This document shows, in pieces, positions 15,945 through 28,197 of a stretch of DNA of 64,000 nt. Under the pieces are notes generated by a model that worked only from the letters and a program-made list of their open reading frames with translations, was not told where the DNA came from and made no database searches. This stretch comes from Octopus vulgaris. Lineage: Eukaryota. Every line of letters starts with the position of its first letter. Position 1 is the first letter of the stretch. The DNA is taken from positions 12,028,001 to 12,092,000 of the forward strand of contig OX597841.1 in NCBI GenBank assembly GCA_951406725.2, written 5' to 3'. The position numbers were made by a program, and so were the translations under genes.

Positions 15945-18900
15945 GCACTGGCACTAATTTCTTCAGATGATGAAAATCACGGAGAGGATCATAGCCCAAC
16001 TTAGTTAGGAAAAGACTTAATCTAGATGAGATGCAATTTGTTTTGTATCAGGAAGAAACACCAGTCATGATATATTTCTGGTAAGAAACCCCAGGAGAAG
16101 TACCTAACCAAGTATAAACCTATGTACTTGACTTTTGTTGGTATCATAATCATTCAGGTAATAACAGATAAATATAAAACAGGCAGACCCTAGCAACTCC
16201 TCTATGCTGATTACAGGATTACAACTAAACACACATATATTACAATTTATTACATTACATTCAATTCGCCATATATTATTCATTTTATTATCCATCATCT
16301 TTCCCTTCACATTTCAGGTATACTGAAGACCCTTTACTCATTGCTTCAGACTGCATAAAATATTGGTGAAAGCAAACAGTTGTCAGACTTATTTATGACA
16401 AAAAGCGAGTCAGTATGACCAACGTACCCTGTCCTGCACCTGATTGTGCCATGAGTTGGCCTGTAAACAATCCATGGGAGAGAGTACTGACAAGCCTCAT
16501 CGATCATCTGCAACAATGACACAGAATGTATGCACCTGCCACCTACAACAAATACAACCCCCTCCTCCAACTACACTACCATTCCCAGCCACTGAGGAAA
16601 AACGTTGTCGCCTGAGGAAGTAGCTGCTACAATACTACAGCTCCAGCACATTCAACGTCTGCAACCATCGGCAATTCTCCAAGATGTCTGACCAACCGAT
16701 CCGCTTAATGCTAAACCAGTCGCCCACCATACGCCCATACCAGTCCTGGTTCATTGGCAAGAGGAAGTAAAAGCAGGTCTCGACCGGAATGTTCCACTTG
16801 GAGTTATCAAGCCTATTCCCATTGGTACATCTGTCAATTGGTGACAGACAATGGTGGTATGTCCTAACAGGTCTGGAAAACCATCTTAAAGGAGCATCGA
16901 ATGGCGCACAGGCACTTAACACTGCCCTATCAGCTATGAGCTGACATTGTACCTTCTTCCACAATTGGGGAGAATCACCGCCATTGCATTTCCCCATGAC
17001 AACTGCCGCGCCAAAGTCGGTATTGAGACAATAAAGGGCCTCGTTACAGACAACACTGACACCAATGGCTTCCTTAACACTGACAGTTTCCAGTGCACAA
17101 TGCTACAATAAAGAAATACACCTGACTGGGACACACACTTGTCCCCAGCCATGTGCATCTTTGGCAGCCCTATACAATACTTTATTCCCATCCATCCCGG
17201 CAAGTACAAGCTACATTCCACATGGCATGAAACTATGACTTATTGAAAAGAAGACCTGCGTAAACACAACATGAGTGCTACTGAACGGTTGTCAAAACAC
17301 ACATGCTCACTTCTTTCGAACTATGTCCTAATCCAGAGCCAAGTTTGACCCAATCCTACAAATGGGGGGAAAACTGGTGCCATTTAGATGTACGTCATTT
17401 CGATCCGTACATGTTGAGAGTGGATGGATCAGGCCAAGTCACACTGTGCAACAAAATTCCTCTGGAAGTATCTACTGCTTCTTCCCCATGGCCCACTGCT
17501 CATGGTGTCTGGACCACATGCGTTCCCTACGCCAACACCAGTGATGAGACTACCTTCTCAACCGACTTTAACAGCACCTCATGCAGCTGCAACACCCAAT
17601 GCCCACTTCCCGACTCCAAAATTACCATGACCAGAAAAGCATCTCACCGCCTACCCACAGAGCCACGCCAACTTACCCCACCTTTACCACAAGTGGTCAT
17701 ACCCCAACACCCCTTGAAACCCCTGCTTTCCAAAAGTGACCCTTGCCTGATGCAGTTTATCCTCCATCCAGCAATTGTCCTGTTTGTCGCTCTGCCAGAC
17801 TCGCAAAGACTGACACAAAAGCCTGATGCACAACTGACACGTTGCTCCTTGATCGTCACACCGTCAATATTGATTAAGGGTCTCTTGCACTAATTATTAT
17901 TTTCGTTAATCATTTAATACATATTATTAGTCTTCTTTGCTTCTCTCAAAGGAATTGGGGAGGGCATAGAGGATGACAACTGAACACTCATATATTATCA
18001 TTTATTACATTACATTCAATTAGCCATACATTATTAGTTTCATTATCCAAATATTTTCCTTCACGTTTCATGTATACCGAGGACCTTCTTTTTCATTGCT
18101 TCAATCAGTGTACATAAAGTGTTTGTGAAAGCAAAGAGTTTTCACACTTATTTACTAATGAGCTTCTTCTTATAGCTAAATCACTACCAGAACTAGAGAA
18201 CAAATTGTGCGTACGGAAGCAAGGTCTAGAATTGAAAGGTCACAGAATTAACCTACCCAACCCTAACACAAAGTCTTAGTAAGTAGGAAAACAGATAAAT
18301 CGTAAAGCCCTTCAGGTACATGGCCATCCTCAATATGAAGGAAACAGGTAGGTAGATGTACTCTGTATAACACATAATAGGTGTAGCAATATCAGAGGAA
18401 GGTAAACTGGGAAAATATTTTTTGCATGTGGAAGGTGCACATGTACAGTAAACACTAAAAGTGTACAGAAAATGGGCTTCATCAAATACCAGAGGAGTAC
18501 GATAAAGATTGTTGAGCAACAAAGTCAGTAGCAGAGGTGGATGAACCAAGAGTGAGGCTGCAAGAATAAAAATAGGCTGAGCAAATTCAGAGAGCTCCTT
18601 CCTCTGTTTAGTAACTAAGGGTCTCTCCTTCAGAGTGAAAGCCAAGATTTATTATACCTGTGCAGACAACTATGCTACATGGCAGAAGAAGTAGACATAA
18701 GAAGGCATTGGACAAGGTGGTAATGCATGATCTTTGACTGTTGGAACTTATAAAGGCAATGACTAATGACTGACACCTTTCATGACATGCCGTGCCTTAG
18801 AAGACAATATATTGTAATTAATTTCCCATCAATTAATTTTTTCACAACCCCTGCCCACAACACTCATGGAGTGCTTGATGTTAAGAAGGGCATCCAGCCA

Positions 18901-19020
18901 TAGAAACAATGACAAATCAAGACTGGAGTCTGCTGCAGACCCTCAGCTTACAGCCCTGATGAAACTGTCCAACCCAAGCCAGCATAGAAAATGGACATTA
19001 AATGATGATGATGATGATGA
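15945..19020 (+). mobile_element. Old degenerate RTE LINE of the PHD-containing family, split by a Gypsy insertion
   Basis: 15960-16140 reads QMMKITERII...LDEMQF...QEKYLTKYKPMYLTFV; 16190-16211 reads LLYAD; from 18160 LIAKSLPELENK...KQGLELKG...TKGLSFRVK; 3' tail aaaatggacattaaatgatgatgat at about 18990-19020. Confidence 0.8.
16212..18154 (+). mobile_element. Internally deleted Gypsy/Ty3 LTR retrotransposon (copy at about 60272-62214)
   Basis: Diverged direct repeats 16212-16395 and 17967-18154; polypurine tract ggaattggggaggg before the 3' LTR; RT N-terminus PIPVLVHWQEEVKAGLDRNVPLGVIKP; integrase remnant FPHDNCRA...RNTPD..THLSPAMCIFG; 5-bp flanks CTGAT/CTAAT. Confidence 0.88.
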
Positions 19021-19754
19021 GGACAATTCTTTTTGTAAAACTTTTGCATTTGATGCTGAACATCTAGTTTAAAGTTAATTTTATACATTGAATTTTCATT
19101 TCCAGTGAAATCAATTTTAATATTTCAAATTCAAAAATATTTAACAAAATATAATGAGAAACTGAAGCAAGTACTACTTCTATATTTGTAAAAACAAAAA
19201 GAAACAAATAGAGGAAAATGAGCAAAATTGTGCAAAAGTGAACTAAGAAACAGAATACTGTGTAAGGCAAGAGACAACTGTATTTTATGAGAGTACCATA
19301 TTGCATAAACACAAAAAAAGAAACTATTGCAGAGGGAATTAAACTGAAACAGATATCAACATGACACACACAACCCATGCTAGTATGGATAAAATGATTA
19401 GATATTTCTGTCGAGAGAAAATTCAGTGACAATCTTATGCAACCAACAATAACCTCAAATTTATCAGATTATTGTAGATGAGCAACAACTCAAGAAAACC
19501 TGTCAAAATTCTATGTTCTTACAATGAATTAATTGCAAGTATTTAAGTATGTAGACAACATAATTTCATGTTTTATATGCATCAATACATGTGTAAAAAT
19601 AAGTCTCATACCTACGTTCATTTTTCCATCCTAGCATGAGTTTGAAAAATATAAGATTTAATAGTTGGGTAACGTTGTCGTAGCTAATGCTAATTTTCTA
19701 CTAAAGGTTTTCTTTTTCTTTCAAAGTGCAGTTGTAACAAATGATACATTTGTA

Positions 19755-20955
19755 CACAAACATGACAAAAGTAAATAGATACCCATTAACACATTGTTAT
19801 TATAACTTGAAGAGGTTTATATTTTTTTTATTAATTGACATTTATATGTTTCAGGTTCTATATGTAACTGTTTAATCATGCCATGTACAAAAGAAGCCTT
19901 AAAAATGTCCAATTTACAAAGAGGCCATATGCTGCACCTATTTCAAGGCTGACTTAGCCTAAAACCACAGAAAACATTGTGATTCTACTTTCTACAGTAA
20001 ATAGAGTAATTTTTCAATTCACTAAACGGGAAAGTAGTCCATATCACCTTACCCAGGTAGACTAAGGCCCTCTGACAACACTTTGCTTTCTTAAGAGAAG
20101 TGTGTAAGATAATCCTCATTGCAAGGCCTCCAATATAGCAGAATAAGTTGATGTCAGTCCCAGAATAGCTGTCAGTTATCTCCGCAAAATTGGCTATTAT
20201 GGCAGAGCAGCAAGAAAGAAGACACTGCTTCGACCAGCCAATATCAAATGGAGAAAAGATTGGACAAGTGAAATGGTAGAGAGGTCACTAGCACTTTGGG
20301 ACACAGTCAAATCCTCTGATGAATCCAGATTTGCTGTATTTTCTGACACTGATCGAATGTGGGTCTGGAGAATCAGTCACCAATATTTTCACGTGAATAT
20401 ATTGCAGCCAACAATGAAACATGTGATGGTCTAGAGAGCAGTTTGGAGCAATAGTCAATCAGAAATGGTGGAATGTGAGGGATACATAAACTCAGATAAA
20501 TATGTGTCCATATTATAGAAAAATCTTCTTCCTATAACCTCCAGGAGTAAAATGATTAAATAACACTATTTATGGAAGATAGGGCTTTCTTGCACAACTA
20601 AAAGACCCAGGATTGGTTGGAAGAGAATGGCATTAAAAAGCTTCCATAGCTAAGCCAATCACCAGATATGAACCCTACTGAACACATCTGAGGCATGATG
20701 GATGGGATACTTCCTAAAAAGAAAAAGAAAGCATCCTTAAAGCCAGATCTTTTGATATTACTGCAAGAAACTTGGCAAGAAAATCATGAAGAGAATATTC
20801 ATCAGATCAGTAGCATGCCTGCTAGGGTCCTTGCATTCAAAAATGCAAGGAGCCTGTCTACTAAATATTAGATATTCACATTATAATAATTAATAAATAA
20901 TTTAAATAAATTTTAACAATTATAAGGATGTCTATTTAATTCTGTCATGTCTATG
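19755..20955 (+). mobile_element. Tc1/mariner DNA transposon with decayed transposase (5' end also at about 63815-64000)
   Basis: Imperfect TIRs of about 30 bp (CACAAACATGACAAAAGTAAATAGATACCC versus reverse complement CATAGACATGACAGAATTAAATAGACATCC), TA on both flanks, motifs AARKK, SDESRF and SPDMNPTEH. Confidence 0.9.
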
Positions 20956-21149
20956 TAGTTTTTGAAGCAAAACACAATGGAAACATTAATATTAAGACCT
21001 TTTCAAAAATCTCTCTCAAGCTTTTCATGCACACTAAGATTTTATTGACATTCATTCAAATTCACTCATTCCAACATGAAACAATTTTTTCCATCAAAAA
21101 CTTAGTGATGTTTTCACTGTCTCTAATTTGATCTAGATCCTCTAAGTGT

Positions 21150-21780
21150 CTCTAATGCATTCATGCCTTAATTTCAATTTGTTCCCTAGATTTTTCCTCA
21201 GGGCCAACTCACCAAACAGAAATTAATGAGACCTAATTGCCTTTCATCTTGATCACATAAATACTCCCACATATTTGGTGCTCAAATACAGCATGCTCCA
21301 CACTAGGAGATTGACAGTTACCCAGTATATGCAAAAATCGAACACATTTGCAGTACTAAACAAGCCATTACTATTGCATTTTCTGGCTTCATGTTTCCCA
21401 ATTATATCCCAATTTTTTTTATCTCTGAAATCACCAAGTATGAAGATTTTATAAGCAGAAAGAATACTGCACAGAAGCTTTTTTCATGAAAGATAAAATA
21501 TTAGTCCTTTTTTTCTCTTCAGAGGAACACATGGTTGGAGGGTAGACACTTACTAAGGTAACAAATCTCTTGTTTGACAATGGCAATCTCACTGACATCA
21601 AGGTAATCAGTAAATCCAAAGAGTTCATAATCTTAGATGCCAATATTTCACAAACATTCAATGGTCTGTACTCTCTTGCAGTAGCAAGATGACACATAGG
21701 CCCAGGCAGCAATACTGTGGGACACCTTCCAAGCCAGACCTTTCACTATCCATTCCACATCCCTTCTTGACATTACTCTA
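21150..21780 (-). pseudogene. Degenerate RTE (BovB-like) AP-endonuclease fragment
   Basis: LMSVRLPLSNKRFVTLVSVYPPTM...LGDF...IGKHEARKCNSNGL resembles the RTE APE domain. Boundaries are approximate. Confidence 0.65.
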
Positions 21781-22143
21781 AATTATTTTGATTTTTCAAT
21801 GAGTATTTTGCACTTTTTGTCAACAGTTACCTATAACATGCATCACATAATTGATATGGTGTATACACACACATGCAATAAGCTTCATATAGTTCCCATC
21901 AACCACTTTCACTAAAAATGCATTTGTTGGTCCCTACCTATAGTCGAAGACTCTTGCCCAAAATGCCACACAGTAGAACTAGACCCTAAACCATGGCATT
22001 GGGAAACAAACATATTTTAAATTTGCAAACATATATGTCTTATGGAAATTGTTCAATATACACAGAGAAACAGTTGTTCAATTTACAAACAGCTATGGTT
22101 AACTAACAGAAAACTTAATTTAACAAAAAAATTATGTACTTAC

Positions 22144-22525
22144 ATATAGGTGAAGCTTCGCATGGGCTACTTGCTTGGTAAAATCTACATGTATAAAGAA
22201 AAGTCTACATGTATAAACTGTTGTGGTGAGAGTCATTGGCACCCCTATGGGATTGGAAGAATGGACTAGCAAAACTCTTATAAAAAAATTAGCATATTGG
22301 TTGAGACAAAGAGAGTCATTGGGAGTTCATGGAAGTTGTTGACATTGTTCAGAGTTTATATTTATTAGAAGTATTGTGTTTAGTAGAGTAATCTGAAGTG
22401 GGTTGTGTGAAGACAGTTGTGTCTATCCCCGCTTCGTGAAATTTGCATATCCAACATATAGAAGGATATAAAATAAACAAAAGTTCGCATGTAAACAAAT
22501 AAGTGTAATCATTCATTTTTTAACT
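22144..22525 (-). other. Candidate host exon 2, containing a 55-codon ORF (22516-22349)
   Basis: Acceptor tttttcatttttactttcag| at 22526 and donor TAT|GTAAGT at 22143, in sequence not repeated within the window. ORF MNDYTYLFTCELLFILYPSICWICKFHEAGIDTTVFTQPTSDYSTK... Confidence 0.4.
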
Positions 22526-23610
22526 CTGAAAGTAAAAATGAAAAACTTCCTAATAGTAGCGAAAGGAAAATTTTGGCTTTAATATCAGTTCAATACTCTT
22601 TATTTGAAGTGACAAGCAGCCAAGTATTATGCAAATGGAAACTTTTACATGTCTCATGTTACATGCATATATATGCATGCTTGCACCCAGTTTCTGTGCA
22701 CATCTATAGACTTAACTTTTTTTTTCCTTTGCATGCAACTCTTTTCTCATGAGAAGAATATCTCCTCCTCATTTTATAACTCTCCCGTCTTTTTCTTACC
22801 ATATCACCATCGTCACATCAACAGAGACATTAAGGCTGCACAATAGCAGTCGACAAGGCATGTATAACGATTAAATAAAAAAAATGTGTCTATATCTTCG
22901 ATCAATGTCATTATTCCATTGAGTCAACCTCATTGTTTTCTACATAGCAGACCGTTACATAAACAGGCAAAGGTAATCTCTCGTTTTAACTCGAAATAAT
23001 GTAAACACTGAATCGGCCATACATACATACACACACACACACATACATAGATAGATACATACACACACACACACACACACACACATACATGCATACATAC
23101 ATATACACATACACCGAGTAAAAAATTTCAGTTATCTCTCTCTGTCTCTTCACACACACTAACAGAAGCACTTCACTTACACAACATACTTTCTGTCTCG
23201 CACACCCCATCAAACACACACACACACACACACACATGTACATCAAAGCTTCCCATTCGCGGTAACTTCAAAAAGAAATTCCCTCCTCATACAATCGCTT
23301 CCTCTTAGTCTCTTTCGCTCTCATTACTTCAAAAGTTCCCGCAAACCCATATGTAAAAAAAAATAAAAGTTTTTTACGGAAATCGACGGAAAGGTCTACT
23401 AGAAACGAAAGATAATCTTTCGTTTTAACCAACATCTTAATTATGAACCTCAACTCCAAACTTTTTATACATTTTGCCACTAAATAAAATGAAAACCGAG
23501 CGGCCTTCCGTCACAACAGACTTCCTTCAGCTTTTCTCTTTACATCGTCACCAACTACTCTCACTTATTTTTTCTAGATATTAACAATAACAATAATAAT
23601 AATTTCTTAC

Positions 23611-23800
23611 CTACTTCTTTCATAATTGTTAGCTGCAGGAAAAACATTCAAAGACGAAAATTCAATAAAAAAACAGAGACCGTCGCCATTGAAAAGCATA
23701 CGACAACAATCCCACAATGCTTTGCGAAAAGTCAGACACCAGTTTTTAGCCGCCATAGTTTCGTATTTGCTTGGTTCATAAATTGTAAAATAGATACATT
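23611..23800 (-). other. Candidate first exon and promoter-proximal region of a minus-strand transcript
   Basis: Consensus donor AG|GTAAGA at 23610; ATGGCGGC (YY1-like or start context) at 23756; CpG-retaining unique sequence at 23240-23870. The 5' boundary is unknown. Confidence 0.45.
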
Positions 23801-23917
23801 TACAGCTTATTTTCTTCTGTTTTTTTTTTTTGCGGAACACGTACAAAAATACGGAGTTTATGATTCATGTGTGAGTGTGTGTTCTTGATAATCGTTTAGA
23901 ACAAGTATTCTATAAGC

Positions 23918-23957
<40 letters not shown>

Positions 23958-24196
23958 CATGTAGTAATCCATGCATAAATGTTGAAACGCATGGTACTAA
24001 AATACATATATGCAGTTATATATAACCGTGCGAGCGTACATTGTTTGATACGTATGTACATATGTGTAGATGTATATGTGTGTACACGTGTCTGTGTATG
24101 TGTGTGCCGTATGTTGTGTATATTTGTGTATAAATATGTACATGCATGCACATATGAGCATGTGTAAATATACATATGTATTATATATGTATGCAT

Positions 24197-24592
24197 ACTC
24201 TTTACTCTTTTACTTGTTTCAATCATTTGACTGCGGCCATGCTGGAGCACCGCCTTTAGTCGAGTAAATCGACCCCGGGACTTATTCTTTGTAAGCCCAG
24301 TACTTATTCTATTGGTCTCTTTTGCCGAACCGCTAAGTGACGGGGACGTAAACACATCAGCATCGGTTGTCAAGCAATGCTAGGGGGACAAACACAGACA
24401 CACACACATACATACATATATACATATATACGACAGGATTCTTTCAGTTTCCGTCTACCAAATCCACTCACAAGGCATTGGTCGGCCCGGGGCTATAGCA
24501 GAATACACTTGCCCAAGATGCCACGCAGTGGGACTGAACCCGGAACCATGTGGTTGGTTAGCAAGCTACTTACCACACAGCCACTCCTGCGC
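24197..24592 (-). mobile_element. Full-length young tRNA-derived SINE
   Basis: Minus strand GCGCAGGAGTGGCTGTGTGG (A box), GGTTCAGTCCC (B box), complete tail with AAAGAGT repeats. Absent from the paralogous site at about 28460. Confidence 0.93.
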
Positions 24593-25054
24593 ATGTAAAA
24601 TATATTAAAAAAAAAACAATAAAATAAAACAAGTTTGAATTTTAACCATTGTCCTTGGAAAAATTGTCATATATATGTATAGAAAGAGCCATATACATCG
24701 ATGACATAGTTTTCCGATCGGTCACGGTTGGAACGTCTCTCCGATCACCCATAATCCACCTACTGGTTCAGTAAAGACTGTAGAAGTAGGGGTTTTAAAC
24801 ATGATCGACAACGCGGATTTCAGCAAAAACCACGCACCATAAGGAAACAAACTAAAACCGTGTTGTTTACAATGTTTATATGTATTTAAATGTGTAATAT
24901 ACTGACCTTTTCATTGTCCAAGGTGGAGGTAAGGAACTGGCCCAAGTCCACGACAGGGTGACCATTTGGACACACGAGCGGAAGAGATAGCAACATAATA
25001 ATCCTTGTAGTGAGTTTGATAATGGCTTTTAAACATTGCACTAAGAGCTGCTGC

Positions 25055-25380
25055 TGATGGTGGTGGTAGTAAAAGGTAAAAAGTGCGTCGTGGTGAGATG
25101 AAGTCACTCTGTACTGATGGTGGTGACGGTGTTGTGGTGTGGTGAGAGATAATGTCGTGATAGAACACTCTGTACCGATGAGGGTGGTGATGGTGACTGT
25201 TGTGGTTGTGGTGAAAGTTACTCAGAACTGATGTGGGGCTGGCGGGAGATACCGGTGTACCGATGATGGTGATAGTGGTGGGGAGAAGTTACTCTACTGA
25301 TGGGGTGGTGATAGCGACTGTATAATGATGGTGGGAGTGGTGGTGAGCGGTTACAGTGTACGAATGATAGTGGTGGTGGT
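25055..25380. repeat. Degenerate GGT/GAT-rich minisatellite (copy at about 28950-29278)
   Basis: Recurring anchor actctgtac(c/t)gatg followed by (GGT/GAT) runs of variable length. Confidence 0.7.
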
Positions 25381-26299
25381 AGAGAGAGAGAGAGAGAGAG
25401 AGATAGGTAGACTGTAGTAGTAGTAGGAGGAACACAAACGCACACACTCGAACACATAGAAATAAATACATTCACTCACACACAAACGTATGCGCACACA
25501 GTACCTGGATCTGTAAAACAGATCAAAAATAAAATACAAGAGATCGTAAGATCATTTCCAGTTTTCCACACGCACATATCAACACTTGTCAATGAACGTA
25601 GTGCACCAAATTACCAAACTCCCAACAGGTCAGGGGTCACTTCAACGTATCCTGATTGATATTGCTATCTGACCTATTTCCAACACAGAAATGAAAACAC
25701 TCACTCACACACACGCACAAACACAGAAATGAAAACACACAGTTACACACTCACAAACGCACAAACTCGAACACATAGAAATAATTACATTCACTCACAC
25801 ACACGCACGGAAATGAAAATAATCACACATACTCACACACAGAAATGAAAACACAGTTACAAACTCACACACCTAGCAATGAAAACACACATGTACACAC
25901 TCACTCATTCACACACACACACACACACACACTCAGGCACAAACATTGAACCGGAAACACTCTGTCACACAGGTGCGCGCAAACACAGACACAGAAATTA
26001 AAGCACACACACACACATATTGGCTTACAAACACACTCATTTAATTTCTTCAGAATGTCAAAGTTTTAAAGTCAACATATTTAAAGCATAAATACCTACA
26101 AGTGTGCATCTTTGCATGTATCTATGTGTGTGTGTGTTCGGACGTATGTGTGTTTGTGCGTGTTTGAGCACAGTCCACACATACGCTGCCGTAACGTAAC
26201 GGTTAGAATGAGTACTAGCATTCCACAGAATAAGTCCTAGAGTACGTTTTGTTTGACTAAAGACGGTGCGCGGGCATAAATATATATATATATGAATAC

Positions 26300-26438
26300 A
26301 TAATAATAATAATGGCCGTCCACTCGTGACCGAGGAAAACCATTGCCGACCTTCATGAACATTGTGCGCTCTAGGACTAACTTATATTTTGCATTTGCGG
26401 CTCCGTTGGTGGCTAATGAGCCCTGCTCTTGACAAGCA
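26300..26438 (-). mobile_element. RTE-BovB-like 3' end remnant
   Basis: Matches 30245-30378, the end of the RTE ORF (CLSRAGLISHQRSRKCKI*) and its 3' UTR. Confidence 0.8.
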
Positions 26439-28197
26439 TTCACCATTGTTCGTGTGGATCGCACAGACCGAAATAAGGGAGGGACAGCCATCTTTATCCA
26501 TGACTCCTTTTCACTTGATGCCAAAGACATATTTTCCAATGGCTATTGTGAATCTGTATCACTATTCAGCAAGGCCAAGGACATAATCATTGTTGGTCTT
26601 TACAGGCCTCCCCAAGCACCTCTAAAGTGCTTTGAAGAGTGCCTTAGTAAAGTCAAGTCCTTCATTCGGAAGTACAACTCCGGAAACATACTAGTGATGG
26701 GTGATTTTAACCTTCCTTATGTGTACTGGCCCACAAATACTCTGAAGTTAGGCAAATGCTCTACATCAGATAGAGCAGCAGCAGAACTGCTCTTTAATCG
26801 CATGGATGAATACTTGCTGACTCAGCTAGTGCTCGAACCAACGAGACAGAATAAAACGATCTTGGATCTGGTATTGACCAATCACTCTAGCTTCGTTCAC
26901 AGTATTTCAGTTGAAAAAACTATCCTCTCAGACCACGACATGATACTCTGCAATTTCAATTCCCGACATATAAAAACCAAACCAGCCAATACCACTCCAT
27001 GGCACTCATTTGACAACATAAACTTCCACAAAGCGGACTGGGGAGCAACCAGAAAGGATCTGTCTTGCATCGACTTGTCTTTCACTCTCAATTCCATCCA
27101 TACTGAGACCGCATGGCAGCACTTTGAAAACATTGTCACCTATACATGCGCTAAACACGCTCCCATGAAATCTACTAACACAAACAGAAACCGGCTCCCT
27201 AAAAAGAAAAAAACACTCATCAGGCGCATCAAAAGACTCAACAAACAAAATCAACCAATTAAAATATTCCCACATACAACATCCAAATTCAACAACAATG
27301 AAAAGGCTAGAGCTGGAAAAACTTCATCTACAGAACGACATGAAAACCTCCATTGAAAATCAAAGAGCTGTGGAGGAACAGTGGGTAATCAAAAACATCA
27401 AACAGAACCCAAAAGTGTTCTATTCTTATGCAAATAAGCATAGAACCACTGTCTCACCCATTGGGCCATTGATTGATGAAAACGGCATTCCCCAACACGA
27501 TGCTAAAGAAATGGCAGAAATACTGCAGAAACAATATTGCTCTGTCTGATATTGACGCAAGAGAAGCGAACGAAGTTGACCCTCAACATAAAATCTCAGA
27601 CATAACCTTCACTGCCACTGACATCACAGCAGCAATAAATGAGATCAAATACTACTCTGCTGTAGGCCCTGATAGATTCCCCGCTAGTCTCCTGAAGGAA
27701 TGTAGACACCAACTTGCAGTCCCTCTGACCAACCTCTGGAGAAATTCGTTAGACGCAGGTTATATACCAAAACAGTTTCTATCCCAGCCGGTCATCCCGG
27801 TTTTCAAACAGGGAAACAGATCCCTCGCACTCAACTATCGCCCAATCTCACTCACCTCCCACATCATCAAAGTGTTTGAAAGAGTGTTAAGATCAAGGAT
27901 GGCTCACTTCCTGGAGACCCACAAACTCCTAAATGCAAATCAGCATGGCTTTCGCTGTGGCAGGGACTGTCTAACACAGCTCTTACACCACATTGAAGAT
28001 GTACTCAAAGCCTTGGGAACAGGTTCGAACTCTGATGTCATATATCTTGACTTCAGTAAAGCGTTCGACAGGGTAGACCATAATATCCTACTCTCAAAAT
28101 TGGCAAATGTTGGAATCCGTGGAAAAGTTCTACACTAGATCAAGTATTTCCTGGCGAATATAACACAACATGTGGTAGTTGATGGAGTCCACTCAAG
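26439..28197 (+). mobile_element. CR1-group LINE family A internal fragment, endonuclease to mid-RT (copy 2)
   Basis: GGTAIFI, YRPP, GDFNLP, LDLVLT, SDH (APE); [18 protein letters not shown] (RT). No 3' end. Almost identical to 36055-37812. Confidence 0.92.

Larger units (their letters stand above)
13955..19939 (+). repeat. Segmental duplication, copy 1 (copy 2 at about 58019-64000, offset about 44.06 kb)
   Basis: Line-by-line near identity, with the same ORFs in the track (14801/58862, 15185/59245, 16346/60406, 18866/62925). Confidence 0.95.

Noticed and set aside
18253-18645. Minus-strand 130-153-aa ORF present in both duplicates
   Set aside because: It is antisense to the decayed RTE, and its conservation reflects the recent duplication only.
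19064-19432. Hydrophobic multi-TM-looking ORF
   Set aside because: T-rich composition, non-ATG start, and frameshifted in the duplicate (63123-63492).
19605-19750. Third minus-strand exon with donor AG|GTATGA near 19612
   Set aside because: No clean acceptor or reading frame even after removing the Tc1, and the donor is mutated in the duplicate (about 63671).
24510-24592. tRNA gene
   Set aside because: The A and B boxes belong to a SINE head continuous with the SINE body; no complete cloverleaf is evident.
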